The notes beneath the pieces were generated by a model that was not told the DNA's origin, did no database searches, and saw nothing but the letters and a program-made list of their open reading frames with translations. A program made the position numbers and the translations under genes. Shown here piece after piece: positions 48,982-60,198 of a stretch of 64,000 bases of DNA. Position 1 is the first letter of the stretch. Each line of letters begins with the position of its first letter. The stretch comes from a virus (taxonomy: Duplodnaviria; Caudoviricetes), in IMG/VR virus record IMGVR_UViG_3300037067_004891, positions 192,001-256,000 of that record; one strand, written 5' to 3'.

Positions 48982-49368
48982 ATGACACAACCACCTAAAT
49001 TGATATGGAAATATCGATATATAAATGGGGGGAATATAGTAACTCCATATGAATTTATAAACAGAATACCTGATAAACATAATAGGTGGATGATTGTTGG
49101 TTACGCAACAATGAAAACTAAAGCTATGCCATATTATAAGATATTTGGTAAAGCAATCCATATACCAATGGTTACAATTCAACAAAAGGGGTGTATTGTT
49201 ACAATATCATCATCAATAGATAATTTTTGTGGTCACTTTTCAAATATTAAAGATGCTAATATAGGATATAGTGATTCATATTTTTATGGTGAAACCCCGA
49301 ATGAAGTTATGTTGAAAATTCAAGAAGCTTTTGAACAAACATATAAATGTTTTTTAAATTTTATATAA
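48982..49368 (+). CDS. hypothetical protein
   Basis: 128-aa ORF. Confidence 0.55.
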   Translation: MTQPPKLIWKYRYINGGNIVTPYEFINRIPDKHNRWMIVGYATMKTKAMPYYKIFGKAIHIPMVTIQQKGCIVTISSSIDNFCGHFSNIKDANIGYSDSYFYGETPNEVMLKIQEAFEQTYKCFLNFI

Positions 49369-49369
49369 G

Positions 49370-49777
49370 ATGACAGAAAGAAAAATAGATTTTACAGTAG
49401 TAGTAGATTATATATTTAAAAATAAAAACAAATATTTAGAACTTTCGGATGCTGATAAAGAAATAGCATTTTTCATGATCAACAGGAAATTTTCAGCATA
49501 TTATCCAAGTGATGCTAAAAAACTAAATTATAAAATAGTTAATCGTGCATCTGCTATTGATATATGGTTTAAAGCGTTTAAAAAAACAAATGATATTCCT
49601 TTTTGGTATTGGACTAAAGTTGAAAAAAAAGAAAGTAAAAAAATTTCTAAAAGTGATATAGATATATTTTTAAAATATAATAAGGATATAAATCCTCGTT
49701 ATCTCGATTTTATCATAAATTTTTACGAAGAAGACATGAAAACAGAAATTAAAAAATTAAAAAAATATGAAATATAA
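49370..49777 (+). CDS. hypothetical protein
   Basis: 135-aa ORF, FFMINRKFS..YP. Confidence 0.65.
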   Translation: MTERKIDFTVVVDYIFKNKNKYLELSDADKEIAFFMINRKFSAYYPSDAKKLNYKIVNRASAIDIWFKAFKKTNDIPFWYWTKVEKKESKKISKSDIDIFLKYNKDINPRYLDFIINFYEEDMKTEIKKLKKYEI

Positions 49778-50042
49778 TAAAACATTTTCACAATTACTTA
49801 TAATCTGGAAAAGTGAATTGGAGTCGAACATCGAACATATCAAACATTTAAAAACCCTCCCTGAATATTATGATTTTATACAAATTGATTTATTAGATTC
49901 CAAAACCCGCATAAAATTCATTTTAGAACAGATTGATTTTTTTAATAACCCATTAAACCAAGAAGAAGAATACGACTTTTCAACAATTAATATAATACTT
50001 GACCAAAATATTGATTTCTTAAAAGAAAACAAGTTAATTTAA
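49767..50042 (+). CDS. hypothetical protein
   Basis: 91-aa ORF overlapping the previous stop. Confidence 0.55.
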   Translation: MKYNKTFSQLLIIWKSELESNIEHIKHLKTLPEYYDFIQIDLLDSKTRIKFILEQIDFFNNPLNQEEEYDFSTINIILDQNIDFLKENKLI

Positions 50043-50108
50043 TATATAGAGTATAAAATAATTATACTTTATTTCTTCAAATAAAAATACAAAAAATTTT
50101 CATTTTTA

Positions 50109-50888
50109 ATGAATAAGAATAATAGGATTCTCATTCTTAATCAACAGGATGTTATTGGTTCATCTCTTTATCATAAATTAATTTCTAATAAATTTAATGT
50201 TATAGATTCGAGTGACTTAGATTTTAATAATGATAACGAAATGAAAGAGTTCATATTTGCTACAAAACCAGAATATTGTTTTATAACATTATTGGACAAA
50301 GATTGTGAACAAAAAATTATAAACCATCTAATAAACATTCGTTGTAAAAAGATAATTAATTATTTAAACATCGATGAAATTTCATATTTCACAACATTAC
50401 AACAACAATCATTAATCACAGTATTAATTGATGAAATTTATGGAGATAATGATGAATATAATTTCGAGACATGTAGTTTATTTTCTGGTATATTGAGACA
50501 AATACATGAATCTAACTTATATAATAACCCAATACTTTATATCGATATCGAAAACAATAGGAAAAGAAATTTTATATATAGTGATGATTTAACAAACGCA
50601 TCTATTTATATTATGGATAATTTTGAAACCAACACCATCTTAGATTTAAGAACAGGTTCTAATTTAAATTCTAAATGTTTAGCGGATTTGATAAAAGAAT
50701 GTTTAAATTATAATGGAGAAATAATATTTCATAATCATAATAATTATCCTCGAAATAAAATCAAGTATATTAGACCAATTAAAAAATTAGACTGGATGCC
50801 TAAAATAACAATAAAACAAGGTATTCGTAAAATATATTCGAAATTAATAGATGTAAACAAATATTTTTTTATATCATCAATATTTTAA
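50109..50888 (+). CDS. degenerate NAD-dependent epimerase (GDP-L-fucose synthase-like)
   Basis: IYG.ND.Y, RNFIYSDDLTNA, LDWMPKITIKQGI; N-terminal Gly motif absent. Confidence 0.65.
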   Translation: MNKNNRILILNQQDVIGSSLYHKLISNKFNVIDSSDLDFNNDNEMKEFIFATKPEYCFITLLDKDCEQKIINHLINIRCKKIINYLNIDEISYFTTLQQQSLITVLIDEIYGDNDEYNFETCSLFSGILRQIHESNLYNNPILYIDIENNRKRNFIYSDDLTNASIYIMDNFETNTILDLRTGSNLNSKCLADLIKECLNYNGEIIFHNHNNYPRNKIKYIRPIKKLDWMPKITIKQGIRKIYSKLIDVNKYFFISSIF

Positions 50889-51418
50889 TTCGTCCAAGGT
50901 TTCTTACAATTCTTTATTTTTAATTCAACTTCACTTCTAATATTTTCATCAGTTATATATTCCAAATATTTTTTATAAAAAAACTCTACTGGATAATCAG
51001 CATTAATCAAACAATAAATATCACCCAAATAAGAAAATATAATAGGTGGTACACCATTTTCATAAATAGAATTTAAATAATTTGGATTTATACATTCGGC
51101 AGCATACGAAAAATAATATAAAGCTGAATTATATAATCCTCTCTTATAAAAACATAATCCCAAACGATAATTAAAATTATAATTATAAGGGTCACTATCA
51201 AAAAGTTTTGAATACATTTTATATGCTTTTTTATAATGTCCAGCATAATAATGCTGGTTGGCTTCAGCGTAATAATAAACATATAAATCGAGGTCTAAAT
51301 CTGATTTTAAAACTCTTTCTTTATCAATAACTATAATACCTTTCAAAGAATCAGGTATTGTTTGAGATAATATACTAAGACTAAACATCATCAATAATAA
51401 AAAATAAAACAATTTCAT
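50885..51418 (-). CDS. TPR-repeat protein with signal peptide
   Basis: YKKAYKMYSKL...NYRLGLCF...ALYYF. Confidence 0.7.
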   Translation of the reverse strand: MKLFYFLLLMMFSLSILSQTIPDSLKGIIVIDKERVLKSDLDLDLYVYYYAEANQHYYAGHYKKAYKMYSKLFDSDPYNYNFNYRLGLCFYKRGLYNSALYYFSYAAECINPNYLNSIYENGVPPIIFSYLGDIYCLINADYPVEFFYKKYLEYITDENIRSEVELKIKNCKKPWTN

Positions 51419-51453
51419 AATTCATTAGCTATATTTTTAATACAACTATATAT

Positions 51454-52365
51454 TTATTTTTCATAAGAATATTTTTTGAAGTGTAAATTTAATAATTCTT
51501 TGGTTATACTTTTATCAAATTCTATCTTAACAATTTTATCATTTTTTTTATTTTCAATTAATTGAATCTTGGACGTATTTATAAAACCAACACAGTCATT
51601 AGATAAAAAAACAAAATATTGATATTTCATGGTATTTATACCTCGTTTATAATTGAATACATCTGAAACAACATCTGAAAATATAATTTTAATCACATCT
51701 AAATTTAAAATATTCCATTCACTTTTTTCATCTAATATTAAAGTTTTTAATGCAAACTCGGATTTATTTATTTCGTTAAACATCCATAAATCAATTCCAA
51801 ATTTTTTCTCATTTACTGTTGATTCTTTTGATCTCATACCTTTCACCAACCCATTGTTTAATATATCACTAAATGTAATATTATTTGAAAATGTCGTTAT
51901 TTTTTCCGACCTATCTAATAATTTAATGAAATTAGTCTCCGAGAATATTTTTTCAGTGTGGACATATATATGATTTAAATAGTCTATATTACATTCTTCT
52001 TTATCATATTTAATATTATCTGGGTAATATTTACATATAATCTTAAAAAGATATTTATCTTCCAATATATTATCAAGAATTTTCAATCTTTTATTAGAAC
52101 TGTCATTTACAAGTAATTTAACAACACTTTTAATTCGGTCATTTGAACCTTTATAATCTAAAAGATTTTTTAATAATAAATATCTAATTAAAGTATAATA
52201 ATTTATATAGGTGAATATATCCCTCGCCTTAAAAATTCTATTAAAATTATTTCTCGTTACATGCAAAATCTTATATCCATCTGTGAAAAATTTTATATTT
52301 GGGTCTTTTAGAAAAACATATGAATTTTTTAGATTTTTATCAATGTAACTAATAAAATCACTCAT
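51454..52365 (-). CDS. hypothetical protein
   Basis: 303-aa ORF. Confidence 0.6.
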   Translation of the reverse strand: MSDFISYIDKNLKNSYVFLKDPNIKFFTDGYKILHVTRNNFNRIFKARDIFTYINYYTLIRYLLLKNLLDYKGSNDRIKSVVKLLVNDSSNKRLKILDNILEDKYLFKIICKYYPDNIKYDKEECNIDYLNHIYVHTEKIFSETNFIKLLDRSEKITTFSNNITFSDILNNGLVKGMRSKESTVNEKKFGIDLWMFNEINKSEFALKTLILDEKSEWNILNLDVIKIIFSDVVSDVFNYKRGINTMKYQYFVFLSNDCVGFINTSKIQLIENKKNDKIVKIEFDKSITKELLNLHFKKYSYEK

Positions 52366-52429
52366 TAATATCTTTAATTTTTACTATTATAGTAAATAAA
52401 ATATTAAATGTTTAGTATGTATATGTATA

Positions 52430-53176
52430 TTACTTAAAATATTTATTTGTATTAACAAATTTAAAAATAGTACCAGACTTCTCAACATCATTTTTAATCT
52501 GGATATTATCATCATAATGTTGTAGTGCTTTTATGTTTCTTAGAATATATGATTTTTTAACTCTATCACCATCTGTTGTGAATACCTCATAAATATTAAT
52601 ATTATTATTTCGTATAAATTTCCAAATATTGACCGTATCATAATTCTGCCTCGATGTTACAACAACAATGGTATGTGTTTTTGACAATTCATTTATTTTA
52701 TCAATAATTTCTAAATTCGGTTCAAAATTATCATAATCGTCATAAATTTTAGGACGAATAGTACCTCTTATAATAGATTTATGCAACACGCCATCAAAAT
52801 CAAAACTTATAGTTTTTTTAAATACGGGTTCATATAAATTTGGTAATTTATTATTAATTGTTTTATTTGCTTGTGAATATGAAATAGTTGATGTATTCAT
52901 ATCAAAATCAATATTGAATGCATTTCCTATACGAATCAATTTATCAACTAATTCCTTTTCATTATCTTCGTCCTGTATTATTACATTCAACTTTATAATT
53001 TCTTGAAAATTATCCAAATCTTTTAACATATATGGATGCAACCCTTCTATTTCTTTTATTTTATTATATGCCTGATAATAATAAATTTTATTAGTCGGGT
53101 TTTCTATCTCATATGAATCATATGGTTTGAATGTGAATATTTTATAAGTGGTGTTAAATTCTTCAAATGTTTTCAT
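52430..53176 (-). CDS. protein with C-terminal HAD-like phosphatase domain
   Basis: SFDFDGVLH, VVTSR, K, HYDD; N-terminal MKTFEEF. Confidence 0.7.
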   Translation of the reverse strand: MKTFEEFNTTYKIFTFKPYDSYEIENPTNKIYYYQAYNKIKEIEGLHPYMLKDLDNFQEIIKLNVIIQDEDNEKELVDKLIRIGNAFNIDFDMNTSTISYSQANKTINNKLPNLYEPVFKKTISFDFDGVLHKSIIRGTIRPKIYDDYDNFEPNLEIIDKINELSKTHTIVVVTSRQNYDTVNIWKFIRNNNINIYEVFTTDGDRVKKSYILRNIKALQHYDDNIQIKNDVEKSGTIFKFVNTNKYFK

Positions 53177-53757
53177 AATACTGGTTTGTATTTATCTACG
53201 AATCGAATCGGTAATTTTAATTTTAAATTATAAATTTTATTTTTATATTCATTATATATTTTATCTATGGTAATTTTATCATTCAAATAAGTGTTTTCAT
53301 CTGGGTGATGTGAATTTAAAACACCCTGTTTTTTACTATCAAGTTCTTCTTCATATGGGGCAAGGTTTAATATTTCAATATCTATTAATGATGGTTTAAT
53401 ATCAATACCAGTTTTTATATTATATTTTGTAGCATATACTCTTTCTTCTCTTTCAGATTTATCAGGATAGTTTGTATCGAAAAATGGTTTGATTTTATAA
53501 TTATTTTTTAGCTTGTTATAATCAACACAAATTCGACAACTTCTTTTATCTACTCTTAATTCTGTTGATCTCATATCAAAATTACGACTAAAAGATACAT
53601 AATTAGAATATGAGTTGTGAAGAAATAAACCGCAATCTGGTTTATATTGTTTGAGTATTTTATATAAAATATAAATACTGGTATAATGATATATTGGTGT
53701 TATAATTAAATTATCATTGAGTTTTTCATTTAGAAAATCAGAATATATCTTAATCAT
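53173..53757 (-). CDS. hypothetical protein, possible ADP-ribosyltransferase-like fold
   Basis: YHYTS...VSFSRN...EREER. Confidence 0.5.
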   Translation of the reverse strand: MIKIYSDFLNEKLNDNLIITPIYHYTSIYILYKILKQYKPDCGLFLHNSYSNYVSFSRNFDMRSTELRVDKRSCRICVDYNKLKNNYKIKPFFDTNYPDKSEREERVYATKYNIKTGIDIKPSLIDIEILNLAPYEEELDSKKQGVLNSHHPDENTYLNDKITIDKIYNEYKNKIYNLKLKLPIRFVDKYKPVL

Positions 53758-53759
53758 AG

Positions 53760-55622
53760 CTATTTGTTTATAGTTTTTCTATCGCTAATTCCTTTAAATA
53801 TTACATTAACAGGGCCTAATCCATTTTCCATAGGTGTTTCATTATAATATATATCATTTCTATCTGTCCAACCACCTCGAACAATTGGTAATTCATCTTT
53901 TTCAATAATAATATCACCCATAGTAGAATCTAAACCAAGTATAATTTTCTTATCATATTTTTTTAATTGATATATAGTATTATTCTTTGTAATAGTTGCT
54001 TTTTCCAGTTCCTTTGGTGCAATATTGTAAATTTTTTGTCCATCTTTATGATAGTTTTCATTTTTTTCTGATACAAAATAAACATCAATAGAATCAATAC
54101 TATTAGAATACTTTAATTGTTTTATAATATCTGATTTTATAATTCTATCAAATCTTTGGTTGTTAATAAAATAATCAGATAAAGTACTTATTATTTCTTC
54201 CCTGACATTTTCTTCAACAGTATCATTAAATCTTCTAACATAAATATTAATAATATATCTTGTAATAGTTGGCTGAATTATCTCAATATCACTCGTCAAC
54301 ATTATTATCCCCATTTTTTTTAAATATTTCATAACCTTTTCCTTTTCAATATCATCTAAATAAAAAATATTGAGTGGTGCATTAAAATAATTAATATCAC
54401 TTGTAAAAAAACGAGTAATATCTGGAACTAAATATAAAAACATTTTATCGTCATTTGTAATATTAAGATTTTCTAAATATGATATTTTATTTAAAATATC
54501 TTCTCTTATTACGTTATTTATTATATTATCGTTTATACTACTTTTTAAATCAGTTATAATTTTATTTTTATTAAAGTCATCATAATCGTTCAATAAATTA
54601 TAAGCATTAACTTTTGAAAATATATTTAAACGTTTTAAATGATAAATAAATTGAGATGGAGTAGCCAATACAAAATTTCTGGATACATAAGGTAATATGT
54701 TTTTTGTAAACAATGTTGTTTCACCATTAGATGAAAAACTAATTTCTCTATCTATTATTATATCAAAATAATCTTCAATGCTCAACACGTCACCACCTGA
54801 TGATGTGACTTCACCTATAAATTTAAAATTATTTAAAGTTAAATTTGTTATATCACCATCTACGCCGTCAGTTAATAAAAATTTAATTTCTATTCGAGAA
54901 CCTTGACCTGGAACAAATCCAAAATTATTTGTACCAAAATAAACATCAACCCCACCATTCATACCTGTTTTAACATAACACTCATAAGACGATGGTGCTA
55001 AATCATATAAATGATCTTTTAATGTAACTTGAACACCATTATATGTTACATATACTTCAAAATTATCAATTTTTTTTAAATTTGATACACTAACACTAAA
55101 TGATTGTTCTTCTAATCCATTACCAGTAAATCGCTGAACTTCATATTTTCCTTGTATAATATTTAAATAAATTTCTTTAGTACTACCAAAGTTATATGAA
55201 CTAAACTCATCGTTAGATAAAATGGTATAAAACAAACCATTTGTGTTGTTCTTAATAACAGTTTCATTCGGAATAATTATATTACTTGTTCCAATATCAT
55301 CTAATAAATTAACGCCTGATTTCACTCTTAATTTTAAAACACCAGTTGCTGAAATAGCTCGACTTGGATTGTGTCCACTAATTCTTGATATACTTCTAAT
55401 AGCCTTTTCATTGTATGTGTTTTCTATATCTATTTGGTTAATGGAATTCTTTAAATGTAATATAGTGTGTTGAAACAATTCTTCTTGAACATTTATTATT
55501 TGACCATGTGGAGATGCGTTAGTAAAATTCAAATCACTTTTATTATATACACCACGCAACCAATTTTTAATCTGGTCAGAAAGTTTTTGATATTCCAGTT
55601 CTATGTAATTAAAAAACGCCAT
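53760..55622 (-). CDS. baseplate wedge protein, gp6-like
   Basis: SRISGHNPSRAISATG, QG....F.GNG...QSF, VYFGTNNFG.VP, TDG..G. Confidence 0.75.
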   Translation of the reverse strand: MAFFNYIELEYQKLSDQIKNWLRGVYNKSDLNFTNASPHGQIINVQEELFQHTILHLKNSINQIDIENTYNEKAIRSISRISGHNPSRAISATGVLKLRVKSGVNLLDDIGTSNIIIPNETVIKNNTNGLFYTILSNDEFSSYNFGSTKEIYLNIIQGKYEVQRFTGNGLEEQSFSVSVSNLKKIDNFEVYVTYNGVQVTLKDHLYDLAPSSYECYVKTGMNGGVDVYFGTNNFGFVPGQGSRIEIKFLLTDGVDGDITNLTLNNFKFIGEVTSSGGDVLSIEDYFDIIIDREISFSSNGETTLFTKNILPYVSRNFVLATPSQFIYHLKRLNIFSKVNAYNLLNDYDDFNKNKIITDLKSSINDNIINNVIREDILNKISYLENLNITNDDKMFLYLVPDITRFFTSDINYFNAPLNIFYLDDIEKEKVMKYLKKMGIIMLTSDIEIIQPTITRYIINIYVRRFNDTVEENVREEIISTLSDYFINNQRFDRIIKSDIIKQLKYSNSIDSIDVYFVSEKNENYHKDGQKIYNIAPKELEKATITKNNTIYQLKKYDKKIILGLDSTMGDIIIEKDELPIVRGGWTDRNDIYYNETPMENGLGPVNVIFKGISDRKTINK

Positions 55623-55629
55623 TTGTTCA

Positions 55630-56289
55630 TTAATTATTTTTTATGTTTTCTTTAATATAAATGCCAATTTCATTTATAAAATCATCCAAATTATGAATAG
55701 TTGAATCTTTAATAATATCATTACATTTAAATTTCAAGATATATTCATCATTTTTCTCTTTAACTAATACTATTTCAATATTTTCTTTATTATTTAAATT
55801 TAAAACAAAATTAAAAAACAAATTTTTACAAGGCATAATCTTATTCTGTGGTTCATATTTAAAACTATACACACTATATTCATTCATATCATTATCTTTA
55901 AACCACTTATCAATAAAAGTTGCTGGTTTGGTCATTATATCAGATAATATTTTTATATCACTGCCAAACATCCTCGAATAAAATACCCGTTTTAGTTTTG
56001 TTTTTAAATCTTCAATATCAGTAAAATTTACTCTTCTATAATCACAATTTATATCATATAAATATGTAAAATTGTTTTTTAAAATATTCACTTTTTGATT
56101 ATCTACAAAAAACATTAATTTACCATATATTATATTTGTTTTATTAAAAAACAAATTATGAATGAATACTATCATTTTCAATCCTTGTTCATCTTCAGTT
56201 TTTTCAAAAATGGTTTCAACAGATGACACTTTGGACTCATCAAACATTTCATTAATAATATTTTGTAAAATTTCTAATGATATATTCAT
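55630..56289 (-). CDS. hypothetical protein
   Basis: 219-aa ORF in the structural cluster. Confidence 0.65.
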   Translation of the reverse strand: MNISLEILQNIINEMFDESKVSSVETIFEKTEDEQGLKMIVFIHNLFFNKTNIIYGKLMFFVDNQKVNILKNNFTYLYDINCDYRRVNFTDIEDLKTKLKRVFYSRMFGSDIKILSDIMTKPATFIDKWFKDNDMNEYSVYSFKYEPQNKIMPCKNLFFNFVLNLNNKENIEIVLVKEKNDEYILKFKCNDIIKDSTIHNLDDFINEIGIYIKENIKNN

Positions 56290-56291
56290 TT

Positions 56292-58907
56292 TTAAATTAA
56301 TTCTTTTTCAATCAAATATCTATCAGTTATTGAAGATGTATCAACACCAGTAATTGAGTCTACATCTGTAATTCTTAATATTTTAATTTTGAAACCTTTA
56401 TATGAACTTAAACTTGGAATACCTGCTAAAACCAATTCATGTGTATTCAAATTTATTATAATATAAGATTGTTGAGATTCCACCACTTGATACAACCCAC
56501 TATAATCTATCATAGTTGATCCACTATAATAAATTAAATTATTAATATATGTATATTCACCTATTTCAAATAAATTACTTGATGATGTGAAGAATATTGT
56601 TTGTTCGTTTGTAACACCTGTTGATGCGACCAATTCTGCATATTGATGTACAGACGATGACATATAATATGCTCTATTATATGTTAATGCTGATGTTGTC
56701 TGATCATATGTTTTCAAATCAATTGGCATATCAATATTACTTATCAAATCTGTTTCATATATTCCATCAACACCGTTATCATAATTCATAGATATATTTA
56801 AAGTTTTACTATATAATGCTTTTTTTGGTTTAATATAAATTTCCAACATTTGTTTAAATTTTAGATCATTATTTAAAATGAGCCTCATTGGAAAATTAAC
56901 ACCATTCAAATCATCATTTAAAATGTATAATAATTTTTTGTTATTATTAGGTACAATTATATTATAAGATGTTGCTGTCGTTGTTGCGCTATTTGTTACA
57001 TTATATAAATAAATAGTAGATGTAGTAACAGTTTCGATATCTGTAAATTCTAAATCGATAACATTAAAACTCAGAGCTGGATAGATTCCAGTATAATCAA
57101 CATCAATTTCGGCTGTATCTGAATTTACAAATTGATTTGTTTGATACATTTGCAGTAATTCATCCATGTTTTCTAACCGATTTTTAATATAATCCAAATC
57201 TGTTTGAGAATATATTAAACTTCGCATTTCATTTAATTCAGTATTTATACTAATAAATCGATTCGAAATATTAATGAAGTTCTCTTGTAACTTTCCAAGT
57301 GTGCTTAATACGTTATTATATAATTCAAATCCGAATAAATTATGAATTGCAGTCGGGTCAAAATTGGGTGATATCATATCATTATCAACTTCGAAATTTA
57401 GATTTAAATCGAATATATAAGATAATCCATCTTGCTCACCATTTGATACATATTTTTTATATGGTGTAATTAAAGTGTTATCTACATCACTATCGTCATC
57501 ATCGTTCTCAGGATTATTTAGAAATGATATACCATATAAATTAGTAGTAATATTACTTTGTCCATCGTCTACTTGATAATACCATAAGATAGCATTAAAT
57601 TCAAAATCTTTAGGTGCTTCATTGTTTAATGGCATAGCATTAAATTCATCAAAATTCTTAGAAATGTAATCTGGTAAATTCATTTTCAAATATTGATTCG
57701 TTATAAAATTCATGGTTAAACCATCTATATTAGTCGAATCAAAATCATCTAATTGTTCAAAATAGTCAGTTGTGTCTAATCCAACATTATTTGTTAATTT
57801 TATACCATAATAATCGCCAGATTGTCTCAGATTATCACCATTACTTGTAACATATGTTTTATCAGTTGTATCAAATTGTCCATAAAACGAACCAGGATAA
57901 TTTCCTGGATTTGTTCTAATGGGTGATGACAAATTTTCTGCCCCCAATATTTCATTCTGTATATCGCTTGTCAATATCGGATATTCCATAGTAGGTCTAT
58001 AATTACTATCAGAATCTGTATTAAATAAAATAGTCGGTGTCTGTCCAGCTTGGTGTGGTATAAATGCTGTTATTTCTGTAAAATTACTTTTTGAATTTTG
58101 AACTTTAGACATCGCATTTATTTCACCAATATATTGTACAACTTTATTATAATTTAAATATATTTTAGAATCTGTTGGAGTATAACTCCCTGTAATGGTT
58201 TGATTAAATGTAATCGTAGCACCAGATGTATTTATAAGTAAATCTATTATTTCATATGTTTCTCCTGTTAAAACCTCAGTACCAGTGTCACCAGAAAAAA
58301 TAACCATATCACCAGTTCTAAATTTACACTGTTCATCAAGAGTGACCGTAAATTGACCACCACCAACATTTTCAATATATGTTACATTATATGGTATTAC
58401 TTCTCTTTCTTTCCATAAATATTTTCTGAAATAATCACTATTTGATACTGTATCTTCGTTTGAATTTTTAAAATCTGTTAAATTTTTATCCCAATCAGCT
58501 TTATGCACAGCAGGTTCTAAATCAATAACACCCAGCTTTCTTAACCACTTCCAAAATATTTTTTCTACGACAGTCATTGGTTCACCAACATTATAAAAAT
58601 CAGTATTTGAATTTATTTTTGTTTGTCTAATTCCAACGTCATGGTTAGCTACATAATTTCGCAATGATTCTATTAGTTGATCAGAAAATTTTGATGGCGT
58701 ATTCGGGTCAACAGTATAAAAAGATTCTCTAAAATCTAAAACATTATTTATTAAATCTTGTTTGGGTAATTTCAATAAAACAAATTTCGTGAAATCTATC
58801 TTATAGTCAGCATTTTGAAATGCTATTGTTATATCTTCGGAACTACTTGGAAAACTATAAAAACTAATGCCTTTGGATTTCATTCCCTTATACAATGGTG
58901 TAGCCAT
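56292..58907 (-). CDS. large putative virion structural protein
   Basis: 871 aa, MATPL start, EKIFWKWLRKLG, FEFNAILWYY; TATATA upstream. Confidence 0.65.
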   Translation of the reverse strand: MATPLYKGMKSKGISFYSFPSSSEDITIAFQNADYKIDFTKFVLLKLPKQDLINNVLDFRESFYTVDPNTPSKFSDQLIESLRNYVANHDVGIRQTKINSNTDFYNVGEPMTVVEKIFWKWLRKLGVIDLEPAVHKADWDKNLTDFKNSNEDTVSNSDYFRKYLWKEREVIPYNVTYIENVGGGQFTVTLDEQCKFRTGDMVIFSGDTGTEVLTGETYEIIDLLINTSGATITFNQTITGSYTPTDSKIYLNYNKVVQYIGEINAMSKVQNSKSNFTEITAFIPHQAGQTPTILFNTDSDSNYRPTMEYPILTSDIQNEILGAENLSSPIRTNPGNYPGSFYGQFDTTDKTYVTSNGDNLRQSGDYYGIKLTNNVGLDTTDYFEQLDDFDSTNIDGLTMNFITNQYLKMNLPDYISKNFDEFNAMPLNNEAPKDFEFNAILWYYQVDDGQSNITTNLYGISFLNNPENDDDDSDVDNTLITPYKKYVSNGEQDGLSYIFDLNLNFEVDNDMISPNFDPTAIHNLFGFELYNNVLSTLGKLQENFINISNRFISINTELNEMRSLIYSQTDLDYIKNRLENMDELLQMYQTNQFVNSDTAEIDVDYTGIYPALSFNVIDLEFTDIETVTTSTIYLYNVTNSATTTATSYNIIVPNNNKKLLYILNDDLNGVNFPMRLILNNDLKFKQMLEIYIKPKKALYSKTLNISMNYDNGVDGIYETDLISNIDMPIDLKTYDQTTSALTYNRAYYMSSSVHQYAELVASTGVTNEQTIFFTSSSNLFEIGEYTYINNLIYYSGSTMIDYSGLYQVVESQQSYIIINLNTHELVLAGIPSLSSYKGFKIKILRITDVDSITGVDTSSITDRYLIEKELI

Positions 58908-58956
58908 ATTAAATTAATTAAATTTTTAACTATATATAAAATTATAAAAGATACAT

Positions 58957-59290
58957 TTAAAATATTTGATGTTGTTTCTTCATTTTCATTAAAATATCAC
59001 ATAATTTATAAACTGAGATATACATATCTTTAATATTTTTACTTTGATTGATCCTAAAAACATTACAACCATATTCAGTTTCTAAAAATAATTGTCTTTT
59101 AATATCTTTTTCTAATTGTTGTTGGTTTTTATGATACCTTTCATCCCATTCAATAATAACATTTAATTTTTCTATAAACCCGTCAACAGAATATTTTTTA
59201 AATCTTTTTTCTCGTTCTGTTTTTAGAGCATGTTGTATATATAATTCTGTTAATCGTTCAATTAGCCCAAAAAAATAAAATAGACAATTT
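58957..59290 (-). pseudogene. frameshifted Vsr/DUF559-like endonuclease fragment
   Basis: ...QHALK..EKRFKKYSVDGFIEKLNVIIEWDERYH...DIKRQ...GCNVFRI; frame broken in a T7 run; no in-frame start. Confidence 0.65.
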
Positions 59291-59554
59291 AATATTATTA
59301 GATTTTAAAAAATAAAAAAGGCGTATTAGAATTTACTAATACACCTTTTATATATTAAAAATGCTTTTTACTTATTTGAAAAAAATTCCATCTAACTTTC
59401 TTTTTCGAGTTGATATTTTTTAATGTTTTCCAATGTAGCTATTAATAATTCCGTCTCAATATTTATTAATTTAATATTATTTATAATTGTCAATTTTTTT
59501 CGATTATAGTACTTTTTTCATTAATATAGAAATTATAAAAAATTCCATATTGCA

Positions 59555-60067
59555 CTATTTATCACCAAAAATCTTTTCTATTTTCATTTTTCTTTCATTT
59601 ATATTATTACTATTATAACAAATTGTATTTATCATTAAAATCATTTTATCTTCAAACACCTTTTTACAATTTGATTTTTCTAACAATATTTCAATATTCC
59701 CACACATTTCATTCAATGTATTTTTTTTCATTTTTGCGATTAAAACTTCAGCATTATCAAGTTTCTCATTATTATATTCTTTCTGAACAGAATCATATAA
59801 TTTTTTTGTATTAATTAAATCATCAATAAGGGGTTGTGATGTATTCGTCTGATAAGCACATTTTATAAGATACCGAAATAGAAAACCAGCTTTCTGTCTG
59901 TTTTCTAATTTTAAATAATTCGTTTTCTTTTTTTCAGTAAATGGAAAATATGCCAATAATAAACTATAACTGATAATAACTGGGTTTGGTAATTTAACTG
60001 GATGTAATATTCCAAAATTAAGATATATATCCAAATTTTTCACTTTATTATAAACATTGTTTCTCAT
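59555..60067 (-). CDS. hypothetical protein
   Basis: 170-aa ORF. Confidence 0.55.
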   Translation of the reverse strand: MRNNVYNKVKNLDIYLNFGILHPVKLPNPVIISYSLLLAYFPFTEKKKTNYLKLENRQKAGFLFRYLIKCAYQTNTSQPLIDDLINTKKLYDSVQKEYNNEKLDNAEVLIAKMKKNTLNEMCGNIEILLEKSNCKKVFEDKMILMINTICYNSNNINERKMKIEKIFGDK

Positions 60068-60084
60068 TTTACAATTTTATTAAA

Positions 60085-60198
60085 AATAAGGTTTAAATAT
60101 CCGAGGATGCACCTCATAAATTTATATAATATTAGCAGTTTTAAATGTTACCGCATTATGAATTTAGTCTTTTGTTGCAGATTAGATATTTAAACCAT
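60085..60198 (-). ncRNA. candidate structured RNA or leader
   Basis: 12-bp closing stem GGTTTAAATATC/GATATTTAAACC with internal hairpins; TAnnTTTG just upstream. Confidence 0.45.
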
